Translations under genes and position numbers: made by a program
The notes under the pieces: model-generated
Database searches by the model: none
Told to the model about the DNA's origin: nothing
What the model saw: the letters and a program-made list of their open reading frames with translations, nothing else
Origin: a bacterium
GTDB lineage: Bacteria; Patescibacteriota; Microgenomatia; Levybacterales; UBA12049
Length of the DNA: 64,000 nucleotides
Direction: 5' to 3'
Assembly (NCBI GenBank): GCA_021824155.1
Contig: JAKALN010000001.1
Coordinates: 64,015-128,014, forward strand
Part shown: positions 18,893 through 27,633 of the stretch, one piece after another
Position numbering within the stretch: the first letter of the stretch is position 1
Layout of the letters: the number at the start of each line of letters is the position of its first letter

Positions 18893-21193
18893 TCAGTTAT
18901 TTCCGTTTGTTTCTTCTTTAATTTCTTCCTGTTCTTCCATTTCCTTAGGTTTTTCTATAGGTTTTTGTCCGTTTTCCAAAGTAGTATCTTCTTCTTCCTC
19001 TTTACTACTAAGTCCAGATAATACCTCTTTTGCGGCCTCAAGCTTTGCTTTAAGATAAGCTATTACTTCGGTTTGGGAAAACCCTCCGATTAGAAGGAAA
19101 GGAAGAATGCTTCCAACCGATTCCATTCCTTTTTTAACATTTTGGGGGTCGGTTGAAACAAGAAGATTTATTGTTTCCGTTATTTTATCTACATCCGATG
19201 AAATCCATTCTTTCCTGTTTCTTTCTTTGCCTAATGCTTTCGGAGGCTCAAGTTTTTGATAATTTTCTACCCACAATTTTTTAACCGATTCATAGTCGTC
19301 AAGGTTTACGGACTGGACCCTGTTTACAACCGGGAAGGAATCTGCGGAAGCTTTTTTAAGCTCAAGTATTCCTGCTTCCGCAAGAACCATAGAAGCAAGA
19401 GCATTTCCTTTCTCTTTGGCTTCTTTAAGTTTTTGTTTAAGGTCTTCATCTGCGCCTTTTCCTTTCTTGGAAGCGGAAAGTATTGAAGTTGCAAGCGGGT
19501 CGCCTCTTTTCTCGGCTTCCGAAAGCTGCTGTTTTATCGCTATAAGTTTTTGTTTTTCAACAGGGTCTGCAAAATCCGGATTTTGAATATGCGCTAAAGC
19601 CGTATTAAGCTTAGACAGCTCTTGCTGTTTGGAAAGAATAGAAGTTGAGCTCGTCGAAACTGTATTTGCAGCGGAAAGTATTGAAGTTGCAAGCGGGTCG
19701 CCTTTTTGCCCCTCGGAAACAAGTTTGTCTTTGACCATCGCGTAACGCTGTTTTTCCATGGGAGAGCTTATTACCGAAGGATTGGCAATACGCTCAAGTG
19801 TTTCATGCATTTTTGCTATCTCCGCATGCCTTGAAATATCGGATGAAATCGCCGAAGTCTCAAACCTTGCAATATCCTGCATCGTAGGAACAGAAAGGCT
19901 TGTAAGACGCAAAATTTCGTTGCCGGATTGCACCGAGCGCAGATTTGCAATCTGGGAAGAGATATTTTCCGAATGCATTTGCGGTATTTCCACTTTAGCG
20001 GTAAAAGGAATGCTCCTAGCCATTCCGGCAGGCTGGGAAGACAACGGCAAAGGAGCGGGAGGAGGGATTGGTCCTCTTCCGATAAAAGAAGAGCCTGTTG
20101 TCATTAGCTGTTTTACCCAAGCATTGTCTCCTATAGAAATTGTATTTAAATAATCAAGGAATATCTGCAAAAGAAGAAACGGTAAAATAATAACTACCCA
20201 AAGCATTAATAGCGCAACGATATACTGTGCAAAAGTATTACTGTTATTAAGGCTATTGGTAAGAGAAAGAACCTGTCCCGGTCCGCCCAAAAGTATATTT
20301 ATAGAAGTCGGATACACAACTGCCTGATTAAAATTAAATTTAAGAGGAATTCCGCTTCTCCATATAAAAACCAGTCCTGACAAAAATATAGAAAACAAAG
20401 GGGCGTATAAGAGCCACCTGAAAAATTCTCCAATCCAAATTTTACCTGTATTTCTTATCGGAGAGTAAAGCAAAAGAAGAGGAAAAATCGGAGAAATAAT
20501 AATGAAAAACCATAAGATTATTTTTCTTAGAAGAAGAATCCCGACCATAACGTAATATGTGATTGCAGTAAGCTTTACTAGTAAAAGAGAAATAAACGCC
20601 GACTCGTCATAAGCCGCTCCGTAAATCCGGTAACCCAAAAAGTTCTGGTAATCAAAACCTATATACAAAAGGTTCCCCTGCCATATAAACGGATGGGCCA
20701 GAGCGGTCGAAGGATCCGGATTTCTTAGGAAAAAACCCTGAACAACATCGATTATCTGATAAATAAATTGAGTCAGAGCAAAAGAGAAAGTAATAAGAAC
20801 GATTATTAATATGAATCTGGGGATAAACTTCATTACCGTGATATTTCTTCCTCTTGTGATAATAAGAATAAATGCGGTTACTAAAACAAAAAGGGTAAGA
20901 AACGCATAGACGATGTTTCTTATTGTGGCCCAAAAACTCGCAAGCGGGTTTTGTCCTCCCGAAACAAAAGACCAGTTATAATTTTGCAGAGTCCAATCAA
21001 GAAAAGAACCGGCCCTTGCCCCTACTTTGCCTACAAAGGTAACGTCGGGGTCGGAAACCCAAGTTCCGTCTGCGGGAATAGCCGAAGGACTTGGAGCCGT
21101 TTGGGCAAATGCGTGGGATGCCCCGTGGAGGAAAAAATAAGAAGCAGCTATCAGAAATAAAACCAGAAATAATTTGGGCAGAAATTTTTTCAT
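18893..21193 (-). CDS. VirB6/TrbL-like polytopic membrane protein of a T4SS-type system, with a repeat-containing C-terminal domain
   Basis: 766 aa with a signal peptide and ~7 TM helices. The hydrophilic C-terminus carries repeated ...EKQ(K/R)...K(G/R)GDPLATSILSA... modules. It starts 1 nt after the pilin-like gene ends. Confidence 0.55.
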   Translation of the reverse strand: MKKFLPKLFLVLFLIAASYFFLHGASHAFAQTAPSPSAIPADGTWVSDPDVTFVGKVGARAGSFLDWTLQNYNWSFVSGGQNPLASFWATIRNIVYAFLTLFVLVTAFILIITRGRNITVMKFIPRFILIIVLITFSFALTQFIYQIIDVVQGFFLRNPDPSTALAHPFIWQGNLLYIGFDYQNFLGYRIYGAAYDESAFISLLLVKLTAITYYVMVGILLLRKIILWFFIIISPIFPLLLLYSPIRNTGKIWIGEFFRWLLYAPLFSIFLSGLVFIWRSGIPLKFNFNQAVVYPTSINILLGGPGQVLSLTNSLNNSNTFAQYIVALLMLWVVIILPFLLLQIFLDYLNTISIGDNAWVKQLMTTGSSFIGRGPIPPPAPLPLSSQPAGMARSIPFTAKVEIPQMHSENISSQIANLRSVQSGNEILRLTSLSVPTMQDIARFETSAISSDISRHAEIAKMHETLERIANPSVISSPMEKQRYAMVKDKLVSEGQKGDPLATSILSAANTVSTSSTSILSKQQELSKLNTALAHIQNPDFADPVEKQKLIAIKQQLSEAEKRGDPLATSILSASKKGKGADEDLKQKLKEAKEKGNALASMVLAEAGILELKKASADSFPVVNRVQSVNLDDYESVKKLWVENYQKLEPPKALGKERNRKEWISSDVDKITETINLLVSTDPQNVKKGMESVGSILPFLLIGGFSQTEVIAYLKAKLEAAKEVLSGLSSKEEEEDTTLENGQKPIEKPKEMEEQEEIKEETNGNN
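19473..19505. repeat. Exact 33-nt direct repeat, copy 1; copy 2 at 19671-19703
   Basis: gcggaaagtattgaagttgcaagcgggtcgcct occurs twice, 198 nt apart and in frame. These encode the repeated GDPLATSILSA modules. Confidence 0.85.
19671..19703. repeat. Exact 33-nt direct repeat, copy 2
   Basis: Identical to 19473-19505. Confidence 0.85.
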
Positions 21194-21194
21194 A

Positions 21195-21476
21195 TCATTT
21201 AAAACCCGGAATTCCCAAAACGTTACCCGCTATTATCTGAATAAACACAAATCCGAATACTGCAAGAAGTAAACCTATAATTGCATACATTATATAGCTT
21301 TTCCCCTTGTTTAAGCTCTGGGGATTTCCCTGGGAAGATAGAATGATATATCCTCCGTAAATAATAAATAATACCGCTACTCCTCCTATTAAACCAAGGC
21401 CAATCCCGTAGAATTTAGCTACGAATCCGGGAACGTCATTTGGAATGCAACCTAAATCCGTAGGAGTACAGTTCAT
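21195..21476 (-). CDS. T4SS-type (VirB2/TrbC-like) pilin of the kind common in CPR bacteria
   Basis: 93 aa with an N-terminal Cys pair (CTPTDLGC) and two hydrophobic helices: ...VAVLFIIYGGYIILSSQGNP...KGKSYIMYAIIGLLLAVFGFVFIQ. This matches the CPR pilin pattern (…IIYSG…SSGD…K…YS.IGL..AV…). Confidence 0.65.
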   Translation of the reverse strand: MNCTPTDLGCIPNDVPGFVAKFYGIGLGLIGGVAVLFIIYGGYIILSSQGNPQSLNKGKSYIMYAIIGLLLAVFGFVFIQIIAGNVLGIPGFK

Positions 21477-21495
21477 AAATTAATCGTAGCATATA

Positions 21496-21524
21496 TTGAC
21501 ATCAATAGACAATTAGAATAGAAT
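21496..21524 (+). promoter_or_regulatory. Sigma70-like promoter TTGACA-N17-TAGAAT
   Basis: -35 ttgaca at 21496-21501, a 17-nt spacer, and -10 tagaat at 21519-21524. The predicted TSS is ~21531, which coincides with the ATG at 21533. Confidence 0.5.
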
Positions 21525-21532
21525 CATTCGAA

Positions 21533-21598
21533 ATGGTAAAAAATCTGATAGTTAAGAAGGTTAAGAAGAACTCCTCTGTGAGGGGTTTTTGCCGATGA
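21533..21598 (+). CDS. Candidate leaderless 21-aa Lys-rich leader peptide, MVKNLIVKKVKKNSSVRGFCR
   Basis: The ATG is 9 nt after the -10 box. A terminator-like hairpin (21571-21590) is embedded in codons 13-19. The stop codon lies 29 nt upstream of a strong intrinsic terminator. Confidence 0.35.
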   Translation: MVKNLIVKKVKKNSSVRGFCR

Positions 21599-21626
21599 CC
21601 TATTAACCTTTAGATATTTTGGCAAG

Positions 21627-21649
21627 ACCCCTTAAAAAGGGGTTTTTTT
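21627..21649 (+). terminator. Intrinsic terminator / attenuator hairpin in the leader, followed by the SD and ATG of the downstream gene
   Basis: The stem is cccctt (21628-33) paired with aagggg (21637-42), with an aaa loop and then seven T's (21643-49). The SD aaaaggagg follows at 21656-64, then the ATG at 21673. Confidence 0.6.
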
Positions 21650-21672
21650 GTGGTTAAAAGGAGGTGATTAAA

Positions 21673-22005
21673 ATGACAGAAACATTGATAAGAAACCAGG
21701 AGAGAACAATTACTGTTTTGGAAACTCAAGCAAGAATTCAAAGCGTTATATCCCAGGCAGGCAGCGAAATTCAGGAAACATTAAGGGAACATTCGAAATT
21801 ATTAAGGCCGGGAGATTCAAGAATTACCTTGCATGGAATTAAAGTATTTTCCAATTCCAGCCTTACAACCGATGCGACTTATGACCTTAGAAGCGGAGAG
21901 TTGAGCTTTTACGGAGCTCCAACATCTGCCAGGCCCGAATTCACAAGAGAATTTCTGGTGAAACATTACGGTCAGGTTCTTGCTGCTATGGCCCAAAGAA
22001 CTTAA
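21673..22005 (+). CDS. Hypothetical soluble protein; the ORF-track GTG start at 21664 overlaps the SD
   Basis: 110 aa with no TM segment. SD-to-ATG spacing is 8 nt. It is immediately upstream of, and co-oriented with, the kinase-like gene. Confidence 0.55.
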   Translation: MTETLIRNQERTITVLETQARIQSVISQAGSEIQETLREHSKLLRPGDSRITLHGIKVFSNSSLTTDATYDLRSGELSFYGAPTSARPEFTREFLVKHYGQVLAAMAQRT

Positions 22006-22030
22006 GCCTTCAAATTGCTATAATTAAGCC

Positions 22031-22966
22031 GTGAAGGCATTTGAAATTAATGTTGGAGGAAAACTCCTGGATTACAGAGTCGGTAAAAATCTGGACCTTT
22101 CAGAGGTAAAGAATTTCTTTTCTAAAAATTATTCAGTTTTGGAAATCCGACAGGAAAAAAGGCACGTTGTTGCCCTCTTGGAAAAAAACAATAAGAATTT
22201 ATTTTTAAAACTTTCTCCGACAGAAGGAATAAGCGCGGTCACGCAAATTGAATATAAATGGAACGAAGAATTTAATAATTCCGTTTCAAGAGAAACAGGG
22301 TTTTGGGTCCCGAAAAATATAGACAGCGGATTTTATAAAGAAAATCTTTTTTACATTATTACTGATTATTTCGAAGGGGAAATGCTTGCCCAAAGACCTC
22401 AAAAACATTACACATCTAAAATTTTTGAAGAATACATCAAAAAAATTATCGGGCTGTCGGAAATTATTCAGGATTTACCTATTCATGAATTATCCGAAAA
22501 AGATTTTGAAGAATATAGGCAGTGGTTTTTGGCAAAAACAGTTTCATGGTTTGAGGGAATTCCGCATGAAATAAGAGAAAAGTTTGAAACAGAAGAACTT
22601 CTTACTATTGTAAAAAAAGGGTATTTAATTCTTAAAAAAAGAGCAAGGCACGGAGACTTTACTCCTTGGCATATGTTTGACTTAAATGGCAATATAGGAC
22701 TAATCGACGGGGAACATGCAATGAAAAATTCGGTTGAATATTATGATGCTGCGTACCTTATCCAAAGAGTTTACAGTGTTTTGGAAAACCCGGAGTTTGC
22801 AAAAAAAATATTGGGAATGCTCATTGAAAGAAATTACAATATTGAAAAATTAAGGATTTTACTTGCCGCAAGAGCTGTAGGCGGTTTTTTGGATGAATCT
22901 TTAAAAGAAGAACCTAATTATTCTGCCGCTTCGGATTTTAAAAAGTGGGTAACGGATTTAATTTAA
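22031..22966 (+). CDS. Phosphotransferase of the APH/ChoK/MPH kinase-fold family
   Basis: 311 aa with a Brenner-type catalytic loop HGDFTPWH, where His occupies the usual Asn position. A metal-binding IDGEH follows. The fold is kinase-like. Confidence 0.6.
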   Translation: MKAFEINVGGKLLDYRVGKNLDLSEVKNFFSKNYSVLEIRQEKRHVVALLEKNNKNLFLKLSPTEGISAVTQIEYKWNEEFNNSVSRETGFWVPKNIDSGFYKENLFYIITDYFEGEMLAQRPQKHYTSKIFEEYIKKIIGLSEIIQDLPIHELSEKDFEEYRQWFLAKTVSWFEGIPHEIREKFETEELLTIVKKGYLILKKRARHGDFTPWHMFDLNGNIGLIDGEHAMKNSVEYYDAAYLIQRVYSVLENPEFAKKILGMLIERNYNIEKLRILLAARAVGGFLDESLKEEPNYSAASDFKKWVTDLI

Positions 22967-23838
22967 AACCAGCCGCTTTTTTTGGAACCCTGAAACTCCT
23001 TTAATATTTCTTTTTGCTTTGAAGAAAGGTTTTTTGGTACCGTAATTTTTATGTGGACATAATGGTCACCGTGCCCCGAACCATGGACATGAACGACTCC
23101 CTTTCCCCTAAGCCTTATTAAGGTTTCCGGTTGCGTCCCCTGGGGTATTTTTAGTTTTACTTTCCCCTCCACGGTTTCAACTTCTATCTGGGTACCCAAT
23201 GCCGCTTCGGGGAAAGAAAGTTCATAATCCGAAACAATGTCGTAGCCTTGTCTTCTAAATCTTTTATCGGGTTCTACGCTTAAAACTACGTCTGCTTCTC
23301 CAAATCTTATTCTGGAACCTTCGTCAACTCCTGCCGGAATTTTTATCGTCTGGATTTTCCCCCCCAAATTTACTTTTTTCTGTGTGCCTTTAACAGCTTC
23401 CATAAAGTTTATCCTTAAAGAATAAACTTCACGCCTCTGTCTTCCAAAAGGAGAACCTCCTCCGAAAAACTGTTCAAAAATTTCAAAAGGGTCGGAAAAA
23501 CCTCCGAAATCAAATCCGCCCCCTCCGCCGCCGGTTGTATAGGTATAAGTAAACGGTCCCTGCTGCTGGCCAAATCCCCCGAAAGGACCCTGGCCGGTCG
23601 GTCCTCCCTGCTCAAAAGCAGCCGCACCGAATTGGTCGTAAGTCTGCTTTTTTTGCGGGTCTGATAATACTTCATAAGCTTTTGTAACTTCTTTAAATTT
23701 CTCTTCTGCCGTCTTATCGCCTTTATTCCTATCGGGATGGTGCTGAAGGGCTAATTTTCTGTAAGCTTTTTTTATTTCATCGGCAGTTGCCGATTTTGAA
23801 ACCCCTAAAACCTGATAATAATCTTTATTGTCTGCCAT
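22963..23838 (-). CDS. dnaJ: DnaJ-family co-chaperone of the class lacking the Cys-rich zinc finger
   Basis: 291 aa with a J domain (HPD motif), a G/F-rich region and a C-terminal substrate-binding domain. There are no CxxCxGxG repeats. It is the last gene of the hrcA-grpE-dnaK operon. Confidence 0.85.
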   Translation of the reverse strand: MADNKDYYQVLGVSKSATADEIKKAYRKLALQHHPDRNKGDKTAEEKFKEVTKAYEVLSDPQKKQTYDQFGAAAFEQGGPTGQGPFGGFGQQQGPFTYTYTTGGGGGGFDFGGFSDPFEIFEQFFGGGSPFGRQRREVYSLRINFMEAVKGTQKKVNLGGKIQTIKIPAGVDEGSRIRFGEADVVLSVEPDKRFRRQGYDIVSDYELSFPEAALGTQIEVETVEGKVKLKIPQGTQPETLIRLRGKGVVHVHGSGHGDHYVHIKITVPKNLSSKQKEILKEFQGSKKSGWF

Positions 23839-23854
23839 ATGCGTATTATATTAT

Positions 23855-23878
23855 AAAAGCGCGTTTACCGCGCTTTTT
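23855..23878 (-). terminator. GC hairpin flanked by A/T runs between dnaK and dnaJ; possible partial terminator or processing site
   Basis: aaaagcgcg-tttac-cgcgcttttt has a 6-bp GC stem (23858-63 paired with 69-74) with T/A runs on both sides. It looks like a terminator on either strand. Confidence 0.4.
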
Positions 23879-23935
23879 GTTCATAGTTATTAGTTCAAGG
23901 TTCATAGATATCTACAATGAACCATTAGCCATCTG

Positions 23936-25843
23936 CTAATTTACCACTTCGCCTTCAACAGGTTCTTCGTCTTTTTTAGGTCCGTTGGCTGAATCTGCTT
24001 CGGAGTCTCCTGTTGCCTGAGCTTCTTCCCGAGGCTCTGTTTGAGGCTGCCCCTGTTTTTGGTACATCGCTTCTCCTACTTTTGTCAAAGCGTCCGAAAG
24101 CTCTTTTGTTTTTGCTTCTATATCTTCTTTCGAACCGTCCAGTACTCCTTTTAGTGCTTCAATTTTTGCTTCAACGTCTTTTCTTACTTCTTCGGAAACT
24201 TTGTCCCCTGCGTCTTTAAGCGACTTTTCTGCAGTAAAAATTAATGAATCTGCCTGATTTTTTGCTTCCACCGACTCTCTTTTCGCTGCGTCCTCGGCCG
24301 CATGCATTTCCGCCTCTTTGGTCATTTTTTCAACCTCTTCTTTTGTAAGGCCTGTTGAACCGGTTATTTTTATGCTTTGTTCTTTTCCCGACGCCTTATC
24401 GGTTGCTTTAACATTTAAAATTCCGTTTGCATCAATATCAAAGGCAACTTCTATCTGGGGAACGCCTCTTGGCGCCGGAGGAATACCGTCCAGGACAAAT
24501 CGTCCCAAAGACTTATTATCTGCTGCCATTGGCCTTTCTCCCTGCAAAACGTTTATTTCAACCTGGGTCTGATTATCTGCGGCTGTTGAAAAAACCTGGG
24601 ATTTAGATGTAGGAATAGTAGTATTTTTAGAAATTAACGGCGTTGCAACCGATCCCAATGTTTCTATACCCAAAGTTAAAGGCGTTACATCCAAAAGTAA
24701 AACATCTTTAACTTCTCCGCCTAAAACTCCTCCCTGGACCGCTGCTCCGACAGCGACAACTTCATCGGGATTTACGGATTTATTGGGCTCTTTGCCAAAA
24801 AATTTGGTTACAACTTCTATAACTTTCGGCATTCTGGTCATTCCTCCGACCAAAACTACTTCGTCTATATCTTTAACCGTTACTTTCGCGTCTTTTAAGG
24901 CTGTTTCAACAGGTTTTAATGTTTTTTGGATAAGAGGATCAACAATTTGCTCAAGTTTTGCCCTTGTTAACGTCATCGTTAAATGAAGCGGGCCTTCCTT
25001 TCCCTGGGTTATAAAAGGCTGGTTAATTTGTGCTTCCGTAGAGCTTGAAAGTTCAATTTTTGCTTTTTCCGCTGACTCTCTTAATCTTTGCAGGGCTTGC
25101 GGGTCCTTTGTTAAATCAACTCCATTTTCTTTTTTAAACTCTTCCGCGATATAATCAATTATCGCCTTGTCGAAATCATCTCCTCCCAAATGAGTATCTC
25201 CGTTTGTAGATTTTACTTCATAAACCCCGTCTCCGAGTTCCAAAATAGAAATATCAAAAGTTCCGCCGCCTAAATCATAAACAGCGATTGTATGGGCATT
25301 TTTCTTATCTAATCCGTAAGCTAAAGCCGCTGCCGTAGGCTCGTTTATAATGCGCAAAACTTCCAGCCCCGCAATTTCTCCTGCCTGTTTGGTTGCCTGA
25401 CGTTGTGAATCGTCAAAATACGCAGGTACCGTAATTACTGCCTGTGTAACTTTTCCGCCCAAGTAGGACTCCGCGTCTGCTTTTATTTTTTGTAAAATCA
25501 TGGCACTTATTTCCTGAGGAGTAAATGTTCTTCCGCCTACTTCAACATCTGCCATTCCGTCGCGGCCTGACTTTATTGCGTAAGGAAGCCATTTAATGTC
25601 GTACTGGACAGACTCGTCGGTATATTTCCTTCCCATCAGCCGCTTTATAGAAAAAATTGTCGTTTTTGGCTTTAAGACAAGCTGTCTTTTGGCAACATCT
25701 CCCACAACGTGAGTGATCGGATCAACTACCGACGGAATTACGTTTCTTCCTTCCGCAGAATGGATAACCTTCGGGCTTCCGCCCTCCATTACCGCAACTG
25801 CTGAATTTGTTGTACCTAAATCTATTCCAATTATTTTTCCCAT
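23936..25843 (-). CDS. dnaK: Molecular chaperone DnaK (Hsp70)
   Basis: 635 aa with [18 protein letters not shown] and other Hsp70 signatures. Confidence 0.97.
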   Translation of the reverse strand: MGKIIGIDLGTTNSAVAVMEGGSPKVIHSAEGRNVIPSVVDPITHVVGDVAKRQLVLKPKTTIFSIKRLMGRKYTDESVQYDIKWLPYAIKSGRDGMADVEVGGRTFTPQEISAMILQKIKADAESYLGGKVTQAVITVPAYFDDSQRQATKQAGEIAGLEVLRIINEPTAAALAYGLDKKNAHTIAVYDLGGGTFDISILELGDGVYEVKSTNGDTHLGGDDFDKAIIDYIAEEFKKENGVDLTKDPQALQRLRESAEKAKIELSSSTEAQINQPFITQGKEGPLHLTMTLTRAKLEQIVDPLIQKTLKPVETALKDAKVTVKDIDEVVLVGGMTRMPKVIEVVTKFFGKEPNKSVNPDEVVAVGAAVQGGVLGGEVKDVLLLDVTPLTLGIETLGSVATPLISKNTTIPTSKSQVFSTAADNQTQVEINVLQGERPMAADNKSLGRFVLDGIPPAPRGVPQIEVAFDIDANGILNVKATDKASGKEQSIKITGSTGLTKEEVEKMTKEAEMHAAEDAAKRESVEAKNQADSLIFTAEKSLKDAGDKVSEEVRKDVEAKIEALKGVLDGSKEDIEAKTKELSDALTKVGEAMYQKQGQPQTEPREEAQATGDSEADSANGPKKDEEPVEGEVVN

Positions 25844-25892
25844 ATTATTAAAATTTTATAATTTTTAATTCTAAATTTTGAATTCTATATTA

Positions 25893-26339
25893 TTAATTGT
25901 CGCTGTTGCTTCCAACAATGACCTGCGCCGGCCTTAAAACCTGTCCAAAAAGAGTATAACCGGCTCTTATTTCTTCGACAATTTTTCCTTTTTCCCCATC
26001 TGCTGTCGAAACCGCTTCCATAACAGTAGGGTCGAAATCTTTACCTAAAGTCTCTATTCTTTCGACTCCTTCGTCTTTAAAAGCTGTAAGAATCTGGTTT
26101 ACGCTTAACTTAACTCCTTCGTCTTGAGTATGTTTTTGGGCAAGCATTAAATTATCAAGCGCAGGTAAAATTCTTAGTAAAAGTCCTTTATTTGCCGTTT
26201 TTACCCACTCCGATTTTTCTGCGTGAACCCTTTTTTCAAGATTCTGGTAATCTGCAAGCGCCCTTTTTAACTGGTTTTCAAGGTTCTTAAATTCTTCGTT
26301 TTCTTCATTTTGTTTTTTATCTTTTTCATCTTTTTTCAT
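25893..26339 (-). CDS. grpE: Nucleotide exchange factor GrpE
   Basis: 148 aa with a coiled-coil N-terminus and the GrpE C-terminal beta domain. It sits between hrcA and dnaK. Confidence 0.88.
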   Translation of the reverse strand: MKKDEKDKKQNEENEEFKNLENQLKRALADYQNLEKRVHAEKSEWVKTANKGLLLRILPALDNLMLAQKHTQDEGVKLSVNQILTAFKDEGVERIETLGKDFDPTVMEAVSTADGEKGKIVEEIRAGYTLFGQVLRPAQVIVGSNSDN

Positions 26340-26354
26340 CTTATCAAACTTCTA

Positions 26355-26374
26355 ATTTCTAGTTTCTATCTTCC
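26355..26374. repeat. Second copy of the GGAAGATAGAAnnTAGAAAT motif, in the hrcA-grpE spacer
   Basis: See the entry for 1296-1315. Confidence 0.6.
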
Positions 26375-26378
26375 GGTC

Positions 26379-27110
26379 CTACCACCCTTTGGCTATTTCT
26401 GCTATTAAATCCCCGAAATATCTTACCGCAGGAACAATATAATTATAGTTTAATCTGCTCGGACCTAAAACTCCGATTTCTCCTACCAAATGCTGGGGAG
26501 TCTGGTATTTTGTAAAAACAAAGCCGTACGGACCGCTTAATTTAGGGCCTAATTCATCTTCCAAAAGTATATGTATTTCCCCGTCGTCAATTTGTCCCGA
26601 AAATAAATTTACCAAATAATCACTTTCATCTATAGCAGATAAAAGAGTTTTCGTTAAGTCTATATCGAAAAACTCAGGCATATCCAATATATTTGCATAA
26701 CCGGAACAGAAAAAATTTCCGTCTGCGGTTGTTGTAAAAGCAAGAGCTTTTGTTTTATCTGCCAAAGATTTTGTGACCTGTTTTAAAAAATCGTTTTCCC
26801 TATCTCTTAAATCCCATACTTTTTCCTTTAAGGCAACTTCTTCCGTAACCGAAAGCTCTTTTTCCTTCATCAGCTGTTTAACATAAAATTTCATGCCGGC
26901 CGGAGTAGGAATTCTTCCTGCGGAAATATGGGGTTTTTTAAGATAGCCGAGTTCCGTAAGCCTTACCATTTCGTTTCGGATGGTTGCAGGACTGGCAGAT
27001 AAATTATGCTTTTTTTCCAAAGTCTCCGAACCCACAGGCTCGGCCGTCTCGATATATTCTTCGATTAGACTTTTTAATATTTCGACCTGTCTTTGCGTTA
27101 AATCGTGCAT
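26379..27110 (-). CDS. hrcA: Heat-inducible transcription repressor HrcA (short form)
   Basis: 243 aa with a winged-helix N-terminus (…GSETLEKKHNLSASPATIRNEMVRLTELGYLKKPH…). It is the first gene of the dnaK operon. Confidence 0.8.
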   Translation of the reverse strand: MHDLTQRQVEILKSLIEEYIETAEPVGSETLEKKHNLSASPATIRNEMVRLTELGYLKKPHISAGRIPTPAGMKFYVKQLMKEKELSVTEEVALKEKVWDLRDRENDFLKQVTKSLADKTKALAFTTTADGNFFCSGYANILDMPEFFDIDLTKTLLSAIDESDYLVNLFSGQIDDGEIHILLEDELGPKLSGPYGFVFTKYQTPQHLVGEIGVLGPSRLNYNYIVPAVRYFGDLIAEIAKGW

Positions 27111-27173
27111 AAATTCTCCCCGTTAAACGCCCGCGGTGTAGAAACTTCCGCTTGAAAGTGAGCGTTCCAACGA

Positions 27174-27200
27174 GGTTAGCAGTAATATACCATGACTGCC
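27174..27200. promoter_or_regulatory. CIRCE-like element upstream of hrcA, overlapping the -10 box
   Basis: TTAGCAGTA-atataccat-GACTGCCAA compared with CIRCE TTAGCACTC-N9-GAGTGCTAA matches 7/9 on each arm. Confidence 0.35.
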
Positions 27201-27213
27201 AAAGTTTTGTCAA
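27184..27213 (-). promoter_or_regulatory. hrcA/dnaK operon promoter TTGACA-N18-TATATT
   Basis: -35 is the revcomp of 27208-27213, and -10 is the revcomp of 27184-27189. Confidence 0.45.
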
Positions 27214-27240
27214 GGGGTTTATTTTTGTTACACTAAAATT

Positions 27241-27573
27241 ATGCGAAAAAGAAGACCACTGCGGCTACTGGTTATTAGTTTTTTGTTTTTAACGGCATTA
27301 CTTTACATAATTTTGAATTTTCCTCCGGATTATCAATTTCAAATTTCAAATTTCAAATTTCAAATTCTGGTTCCTGCTTTAACGGTCATATTCCTTTTTA
27401 CAATCGCCTTTTTTTCTTTTGTATTTGCAAATAAAAGACGGGGAATTTTAATCGCCTGTTTTATTCTTGGTTATTTAATATTAAAACTTATAAATCTTGC
27501 CTACCCGTTTTTTATAGTACTTCTTTTTATCCTTTTGTCGGTAATAGAACTTATGTTTTTAAAAAGAAAATAA
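27241..27573 (+). CDS. Small membrane protein (3-4 TM) containing an in-frame heptanucleotide tandem repeat
   Basis: 110 aa and hydrophobic. It contains (atttcaa)x4 at 27336-27363. Confidence 0.55.
   Translation: MRKRRPLRLLVISFLFLTALLYIILNFPPDYQFQISNFKFQILVPALTVIFLFTIAFFSFVFANKRRGILIACFILGYLILKLINLAYPFFIVLLFILLSVIELMFLKRK
27336..27363 (+). repeat. Perfect heptanucleotide tandem repeat (atttcaa)x4 plus flanking partial units, intragenic
   Basis: Read directly: 28 nt of perfect 7-mer repeats encoding QFQISNFKFQI. A change of one unit shifts the frame. Confidence 0.9.
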
Positions 27574-27607
27574 GCCGCCGGCGTATCGGCCTTGTTTGTT
27601 TTAGCTT
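27574..27607 (+). terminator. GC-rich hairpin plus T-tract downstream of the small membrane gene
   Basis: gccgccggcgtatcggcc is followed by ttgtttgtttt. Confidence 0.4.
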
Positions 27608-27633
27608 GACGGGTTTGCTACAATCCTTAAACG

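Noticed and set aside
21664-21672. The ORF-track start (GTG 21664) for the 110-aa protein
   Set aside because: That GTG overlaps the SD aaaaggagg. The ATG at 21673 has ideal 8-nt spacing.
23350-23362. A C7/G7 homopolymer in dnaJ as a phase-variation site
   Set aside because: It encodes the conserved Gly-rich region of an essential chaperone. It is most likely just Gly codons.
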